Shown here piece by piece: positions 33,976 through 39,069 of a DNA stretch of 39,069 nucleotides. The DNA lies in the IMG/VR virus record IMGVR_UViG_3300006169_000162, positions 1 through 39,069 of that record. One strand, 5' to 3'. Position 1 is the first letter of the stretch; every line of letters starts with the position of its first letter. Origin of the DNA: a virus (Duplodnaviria; Caudoviricetes). Made by a program: the position numbers and the translations under genes. A model generated the notes under the pieces. It had not been told where the DNA came from. It made no database searches and saw nothing but the letters and a program-made list of their open reading frames with translations.

Positions 33976-35042
33976 TGACCGAACGAGCGGTAACCCTCTA
34001 CGATGCCCGCGGCGAAGTCCTGCCGCCGGCCTCGAGCGCGACGATCGACCAGGACGGCAAGGGCAACATCGTCGCCTTCACCTTCGGCGACCCGGAGCCG
34101 GTGCTCGATCGCGCCAGCCTGCTCGGCTACATCGAGGCGGTGACCAACGGCCGCTGGTACGTGCCGCCGGTCTCGCTTTGCGGTCTCGCCAAGGCGTTCG
34201 ACATGCCTGGGCCGCACGCCAGCTGCATCCGCCTGAAGGTCAACCTCCTCGCCAAGCACTTCGTGCCGTCGCGCTGGCTCGATCGGCCGACGTTCCGCAA
34301 GTGGGCGCTCGACTTCCTCGCGCTCGGCAACGGCTATCTCGAGCAGCGCGACAACCTCGCCGGCAACCCGCTGCGCTTCGACCACATCCTCGGCCGCTTT
34401 GCTCGCCGCGGCGTCGACGAGGGCCGCTATTTCTTCGTCCCGGGATGGAAGCAGGAGCACGAGTTTCAGCCCGGCCGCGTCTTCCATCTCTCGCAGGAGC
34501 ACCCGGCGCAGGAGATCTACGGCGTGCCCGAGTTCTTCAGCGCGCTGCAGGCCGGATTGCTCGGCGAGGCGGCGACGCTGTTCCGCCGGCGATACTTCCT
34601 CAACGGCGCGCATGCGGGCTTCGTGTTCTATGCCGCCGGATCGGCGCTTTCGAACGAGGACGCCGACAAGCTGCGCGAGCAGCTGCGCCAGGCCAAGGGC
34701 CCGGGCAACTTCCGCAACCTGTTCCTCCACTCGCCGAGCGGCAAGAAGGACGACATCCAGATCCTGCCGATCGGCGAGGTGACCGCCAAAGACGAGTTCC
34801 TGAACGTCAAGCGCGTCAGCCGCGACGAGATGCTCGCGGCGCACCGCGTGCCGCCGCAGCTGATCGGCGTCATCCCGGAGAACAACGGCGGCTTCGGCGA
34901 CGTCCAGAAGGCGCTCGACGTCTTCATGTTGAACGAGATCGAGCCGCTGATGGGCCGCTTCGAAGAGCTGAACGACTGGCTCGGCCTGCCGGCGGTGGCC
35001 TTCACGCCCTACGAGCCGGGAAGCGCCGGCGCGGCCGCCTGA
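33975..35042 (+). CDS. gpQ: Portal protein, PBSX/P2 gpQ family
   Basis: AFTFGDPEPVLD, QEIYGVPE, FRRRYFLNGAHAG, KGPGNFRNLF, AAHRVPPQL. Confidence 0.98.
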   Translation: MTERAVTLYDARGEVLPPASSATIDQDGKGNIVAFTFGDPEPVLDRASLLGYIEAVTNGRWYVPPVSLCGLAKAFDMPGPHASCIRLKVNLLAKHFVPSRWLDRPTFRKWALDFLALGNGYLEQRDNLAGNPLRFDHILGRFARRGVDEGRYFFVPGWKQEHEFQPGRVFHLSQEHPAQEIYGVPEFFSALQAGLLGEAATLFRRRYFLNGAHAGFVFYAAGSALSNEDADKLREQLRQAKGPGNFRNLFLHSPSGKKDDIQILPIGEVTAKDEFLNVKRVSRDEMLAAHRVPPQLIGVIPENNGGFGDVQKALDVFMLNEIEPLMGRFEELNDWLGLPAVAFTPYEPGSAGAAA

Positions 35043-35178
35043 CACGAGATTCCCGCCGGCAAGGCGGGGGTGGGGCGATGCCACGCCCACAACCGACGAA
35101 GCTCCTCGTCACGACCCAACGGGCCCGCCTGGGCCGCCCCGCCTGCCGGCCCGGCAGGCGGTCTATGGAGCAATACCT

Positions 35179-36015
35179 ATGCGACCGAACTCAACCGCGT
35201 CCGAAATGGAGCTAGTTCAACCCTGCAGGCCCGCCGCGCCCTACGTGGGCGGCAAGGCTCGCCTGGCCAAGCGCATCATCGCCGAGATCGACCGCGTGCC
35301 GCACAAGGCTTACGCCGAGCCGTTCGTCGGCATGGGCGGGGTCTTCTTGCGCCGCCGATCGCGGCCGTCGAGCGAGGCGATCAACGACCTGTCGGGCGAT
35401 GTCTCGACCTTCTATCGCATCCTCCAGCGCCACTACGTCGCCTTCCTCGACATGCTGCGCTTCCAGATCACGAGCCGTGCCGAATTCGAGCGGCTCAAGC
35501 GGGTCGATCCGTCGACCCTGACCGATCTCGAGCGCGCGGCGCGATTTCTCTACATGCAGCGCACCACTTACGGCGGGCTGCGCGAGGGCGTGTTTGGCGT
35601 GCGGCCGCTTCGGCCAGGCACGATCGACATCACGCGGCTGCCGTCGCTACTCGAGGAGATCCACGAGCGCCTGGCGCCCGTCACCATCGAGAGCCTGCCG
35701 TTCGACGACTTCATGCGGCGGTACGACCGGCCGGAGACGTTCTTCTTTATCGATCCGCCGTACTACGGCGTCGAAGGCCTTTACGGCGCGGAGCTTTTCT
35801 GCCGGGCCGATTATGAGACGCTGCTCGCCCGGATCGAGGGACTCCAGGGCAAGTTCCTGCTGACCATCAACGACCTGCCGCAGACGCGCGAGATGTTCGG
35901 CGGCTTCGAGGTGCGGCCGGTCGAGCTGCGCTACACCGTCTCGCACACCGTCGGGAAGGAGCTGCTGGTGGCCAACTTCCCGCTCGCGGCGAATGACGAC
36001 GAGGCGTCGACTTAA
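35179..36015 (+). CDS. DNA adenine methyltransferase (Dam/D12 class), orphan
   Basis: PYVGGKARL, YAEPFVGMGGV, EAIND, FIDPPY; GGAG RBS. Confidence 0.95.
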   Translation: MRPNSTASEMELVQPCRPAAPYVGGKARLAKRIIAEIDRVPHKAYAEPFVGMGGVFLRRRSRPSSEAINDLSGDVSTFYRILQRHYVAFLDMLRFQITSRAEFERLKRVDPSTLTDLERAARFLYMQRTTYGGLREGVFGVRPLRPGTIDITRLPSLLEEIHERLAPVTIESLPFDDFMRRYDRPETFFFIDPPYYGVEGLYGAELFCRADYETLLARIEGLQGKFLLTINDLPQTREMFGGFEVRPVELRYTVSHTVGKELLVANFPLAANDDEAST

Positions 36016-36027
36016 CGCCCGTGGTTC

Positions 36028-36068
36028 GGTGGACTAGTTCGGCCCGATCGGCGCCGGACTAGTCCACC
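36028..36068. terminator. 16-bp stem hairpin between convergent genes
   Basis: GGTGGACTAGTTCGGC...GCCGGACTAGTCCACC (one G-T pair). Confidence 0.6.
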
Positions 36069-36071
36069 CGC

Positions 36072-36416
36072 CTAAGGACAGCGTGGACCGTTGCCGATCG
36101 AGTGAGCGAGGCCGATCGATCGCTTTCCTGTCGAATATCCAAGCCGGTCGACGCCGTCGGCGAGCTCGAGCTCGGGGAACGCCGCGAGGCAGCGTTGCGC
36201 ATCCGCCAGCTGGCGGAAGTAGTAGGCAACCGACTGGACGCAGGCGTTCGACTGGGCGGGCCCGGAAGACCACCCCGCCACGCCCAGCGCTTCGTCGAGC
36301 CATGCCTCGATCCGCGCGCCCAGGCCCTGCATCCCTGTGGCCGGCACCGCGACCTTGACCCTGACCGGATAGGCCCGGTCGTCGACCTTGTATTTCGGTT
36401 CTCCGCGCTTCGCCAT
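36072..36416 (-). CDS. Hypothetical protein, 114 aa
   Basis: MAKRGEPKYKVDDRAYPVRVKV...AYYFR...FPELELADG; globular composition; downstream of SOS box. Confidence 0.7.
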   Translation of the reverse strand: MAKRGEPKYKVDDRAYPVRVKVAVPATGMQGLGARIEAWLDEALGVAGWSSGPAQSNACVQSVAYYFRQLADAQRCLAAFPELELADGVDRLGYSTGKRSIGLAHSIGNGPRCP

Positions 36417-36459
36417 GAAGGCCTGATGCCTGCGGGGAACGAGTCGGCGCAAGCCCTTT

Positions 36460-36474
36460 GTTCCGCGTTCGTTC
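36460..36474. promoter_or_regulatory. Alphaproteobacterial LexA (SOS) box
   Basis: Perfect GTTC-N7-GTTC (GTTCCGCGTTCGTTC) in a short divergent intergenic region next to SRAP. Confidence 0.75.
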
Positions 36475-36491
36475 CGACGTATAGACGCGGC

Positions 36492-36746
36492 ATGGCGACT
36501 CGCACCCACACCACCACGTTACCGGGGCTGGATCTGCAGGGAGGGTCAGGAGAAGCGCCGCGCCCTCGTCAAGCGCAGGCCCCCGCGCGGTTCGTCTACG
36601 ATCCGTCGCCCGAAGAGATCGCGGCTATGGCCGACGAGCAGCTCGAGGAGGTCTACGGCGCGATGCTCGAGTACGATGCGAGCGGCGGCCGGGTCACCCG
36701 CAAGCTGCGGCGAGAAATCGACTGCCGTGCCAAGGCGAGCGGTTAG
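36492..36746 (+). CDS. Small hypothetical protein, 84 aa
   Basis: ATG 17 nt after SOS box; helical acidic-then-basic C-terminus. Confidence 0.55.
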   Translation: MATRTHTTTLPGLDLQGGSGEAPRPRQAQAPARFVYDPSPEEIAAMADEQLEEVYGAMLEYDASGGRVTRKLRREIDCRAKASG

Positions 36747-37342
36747 CGCCGAATCCAGGGATCGACCGTGCGCTCGATGGTCATCTCGCCGGTGTAGGGC
36801 ACGCACAGCGCCTTCGCCTCGTCGGGCGGTGCGTCGGTCCACTGGCGCCAGTCATCCGGCCGGAGGATGACCGGCATGCGATCGTGGATGCCGGCGACGT
36901 GGACGCAGGCCTCGGTCATGACCATCGAATAGGCCGGTCCCCATTCGGGCGTGTCGCGCCAGATCCCGGCCGCGGCGAACAGGGGCTGGTCGGGCAGCGA
37001 CAGCCACGTCCTGGTCTTCGCGCCCTTCTCGCCCTCGGCCTCTGCGAAGGCCGTTAGAGGGATCAGACATCGCCGCTCGGCGAAGCTGAAGCGCCACATG
37101 AAGCTGTCGAGCTTGTCGGTGCGCGTGTTGTTGACCGGCTTCGGCTTGAGGGGCTGGCCGTTCTTGCCCTTCAGCACCAGCGGGAAGCCCCAGACCATGC
37201 TGCGCAGCTCGCCGCCGGCGACGACCAGGCCGGGCCGGCCGGGGTATACCTCGGCCGGCGCATTGCTCGAGCTCGTGGCGATCGCGCCGAACAGCCGCGC
37301 GACCTCGTCGGCCGACTTGGTCATGCGGTAGAGGTTGCACAC
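36743..37342 (-). CDS. SRAP/YedK (HMCES-like) abasic-site processing protein, 199 aa
   Basis: GTG start gives M-C-N-L-Y (catalytic Cys2); WGFP, RRCLIP..FAE, FAAAGIW, IHDRMPVIL. Confidence 0.95.
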   Translation of the reverse strand: MCNLYRMTKSADEVARLFGAIATSSSNAPAEVYPGRPGLVVAGGELRSMVWGFPLVLKGKNGQPLKPKPVNNTRTDKLDSFMWRFSFAERRCLIPLTAFAEAEGEKGAKTRTWLSLPDQPLFAAAGIWRDTPEWGPAYSMVMTEACVHVAGIHDRMPVILRPDDWRQWTDAPPDEAKALCVPYTGEMTIERTVDPWIRR

Positions 37343-37470
37343 CGGCGCTGGATGCGGCCGACGCGCGGCGCTGTCAACGCGCCGGCGGCCGCGCCCGATG
37401 GCCATCCGTTCACCCACGCCAGCCCGAGCCTGAATGCCTCGACACCAGCCCACCTCCACCCCGCGCGCCG

Positions 37471-37520
37471 CGCTTGCCCCCGCGCCTCGCCTGCGAGCTT
37501 TTTGGGCCACTTTTTATGCA
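37471..37520 (-). other. P2-like cohesive end (cos) site
   Basis: Minus strand GGCGAGGCGCGGGGGCAAGCG resembles P2 cos GGCGAGGCGGGGAAAGCAC; flanking TTTTTATGCA; lies downstream of portal as in P2. Confidence 0.75.
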
Positions 37521-37567
37521 AGGTTGGTCCGGCCGGGCCCCGGCGATGTCCGCCTCGCAGCGCGGCC

Positions 37568-37969
37568 TCAGCCGGTGGCCGTCCGTTTTTCGATTTGATG
37601 CACAAACCCGCGCAGTGAATTCACTGCCTGAGTTCGATTGTTCGGTCGCGGGGGTGTTGGTGGCTCGAGGTCCGCGGCGCGCATGCCATTCAGCTTGAGC
37701 GGATCAGGCTCCCGGTCGACGAGCGTCGTTAGGATTGCGGTCATGGATGGCGCGGCCACGAAATAGGCAACGCCACGGCAGTGGGTCAGGCGGCAGGCAC
37801 AATGTCGATCGAGCAGCGTAAAGTCCGCCCCACGCCGGCGCGCGATCGCAGGAAGATCGACGTCGAAAAAGTGCCCGCAGTCGGCACAGCCGACGCGGAC
37901 AACAACGCCACCCCGAATCATCCCTCCAACGGTTCGGAAGGCGGCCGGCCAGATCCGGCACGATCCCAC
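37568..37969 (-). CDS. Zinc-ribbon hypothetical protein
   Basis: CADC...C-C...C cysteine pattern; start uncertain (GTG 37969). Confidence 0.65.
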   Translation of the reverse strand: MGSCRIWPAAFRTVGGMIRGGVVVRVGCADCGHFFDVDLPAIARRRGADFTLLDRHCACRLTHCRGVAYFVAAPSMTAILTTLVDREPDPLKLNGMRAADLEPPTPPRPNNRTQAVNSLRGFVHQIEKRTATG

Positions 37970-38196
37970 GTTCCCTACATAGGACGAACCTTGCGCGTAG
38001 GAAAGCACGCCGGAGCGACCTTTCGGCTCGGCGATCCGGTGCGAGCATTGGCACGACCTTTGCTCCTCGGCCTCTGCCGAGCCCGGCCGGCATAGCCGGC
38101 CGTTCGACGGTGCGGCCGTCGACTTGGGTGAAGATGTTCTTGAGGGTTGGATGCCGCCAAACGAACAAACTAGCGCGTGAGGCCGCTAATGCGGCC

Positions 38197-39069
38197 TCAC
38201 TCCTTCTGTATTTCTTGGTAAGTCCCCCATTGAAGTCGGCTGTCTGAACTCGCAGAGGTGGTCGGCCGAGCTGTGGTCGATTCTTCGAAAAAGCGCTGCG
38301 CCTCGGGGTCGTCGGGCCAGAGAACTCGTGCTCGGTCCGTCGGAGACGCGGCGGATATCTGGCGCGCGCGATCGGCGAGTTCTTGCGCGAGCGTCTTGCC
38401 CCCGGCGAAACTCCCGGAAACCACCCGCGCGACCAGGCGCGCTGTTTGACGATCCTTCCACGCCGGAAGCGGTGGCGATCCCTTTTGGCGCGGTAGGGCG
38501 TCGAAGTCGAACACACCGTCGAGCTTTTGCCGCAAATACATGAGCAGGCGCCGGGGCAATTCTTCGAAGTTGATGAAGTAGGCATTCGAGGTCTGCTCGA
38601 CCGCTGGCGATGTCCGGCCAGTACGGACTGTGCGTCTAACCCAGTCGATCCCCGCCAGCTTACGCAGCTGGGCTAAGAGGTGGATCACTGTAGGCCGCGA
38701 GAAGCGCGTCTTCTCCATGATCGTCTCGATGCTCGGCGTGCAGCGGCCGGTCTCGTAGTCAGTGCAGCGCCGCAGAAGTGTTTCCGCGACTGCGATCGCG
38801 TTGTGCGTGAGCTGATGCGCCTTGCCGGCCAGCTTCGTCTCGTTGGCCAGCTCCTTCAGCCCCAGCACAAACCAACTGATAAACGTGAACACTTGATGTC
38901 GGGGCCGGCCGGCGAACGGCAGAACGACCTGGGCGCGATCGTCATCGGCATCGTAGCTGCCGCGCCATACCGGCTGATCGGTGCGCTCGCGAGGTTCCCG
39001 CCGATCGGCCGCGAGGACGTGATGATAGGGTGCGGCCGAGGCCGCGAAATTCGTGTTGACGCCTGACAT
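38197..39069 (-). CDS. HTH-domain replication initiator-like protein
   Basis: DYETGRCTPSIETIMEKTRFSRPTVIHLLAQLRKLAGIDWVRR winged HTH and VEQTSNAY motif typical of alphaproteobacterial plasmid/phage Rep-like proteins. Confidence 0.75.
   Translation of the reverse strand: MSGVNTNFAASAAPYHHVLAADRREPRERTDQPVWRGSYDADDDRAQVVLPFAGRPRHQVFTFISWFVLGLKELANETKLAGKAHQLTHNAIAVAETLLRRCTDYETGRCTPSIETIMEKTRFSRPTVIHLLAQLRKLAGIDWVRRTVRTGRTSPAVEQTSNAYFINFEELPRRLLMYLRQKLDGVFDFDALPRQKGSPPLPAWKDRQTARLVARVVSGSFAGGKTLAQELADRARQISAASPTDRARVLWPDDPEAQRFFEESTTARPTTSASSDSRLQWGTYQEIQKE

Larger units (their letters stand above)
1..39069. mobile_element. P2-like prophage integrated at tRNA-fMet via a large serine integrase (right att site not in window)
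   Basis: Full set of P2-type head, tail and lysis genes, Ogr, cI/cro switch, P2-like cos, and an integrase abutting a tRNA 3' end. Confidence 0.96.

Noticed and set aside
35179-36015. Restriction-modification system
   Set aside because: No endonuclease-like gene adjacent; orphan methylases are common in prophages
37970-37989. GTTC-N12-GAAC imperfect palindrome before the Zn-ribbon gene as a second SOS box
   Set aside because: Does not fit the alphaproteobacterial direct-repeat GTTC-N7-GTTC consensus

Overview
The whole window is one GC-rich, essentially intact P2-like (contractile-tail) prophage of an alphaproteobacterium, probably a sphingomonad. The host inference rests on the tRNA-fMet type, a GTTC-N7-GTTC SOS box and a GapR-family gene. 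The prophage is integrated at the 3' end of an initiator tRNA-Met at the left edge. Layout from left to right: (1) a large serine integrase whose last codons are the antisense of the tRNA; (2) a long leftward early operon: cro-like, orphan HicB, CII-like, Ogr, HTH/Zn-finger, a LexA-like HTH interrupted by a G16 tract, ParB-like, beta-clamp-like, GapR-like, HerA-like ATPase and small ORFs; (3) a divergent repressor with three cargo genes; (4) a complete P2-type tail, lysis and head module with three copies of a late-promoter palindrome; (5) terminase, portal and an adenine methyltransferase; (6) an SOS-type cassette (LexA box, SRAP) and a P2-like cos; (7) an HTH replication initiator at the far right. 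attR lies outside the window. The most notable unexplained signals are a family of eight covarying bulged hairpins at late-gene junctions, ssrA-tag-like ANDN repeats in the Ogr tail, and an att position that cuts the replication gene off from the early operon while lying in the integrase C-terminus. Family calls come from motif recognition by eye; no searches were run.
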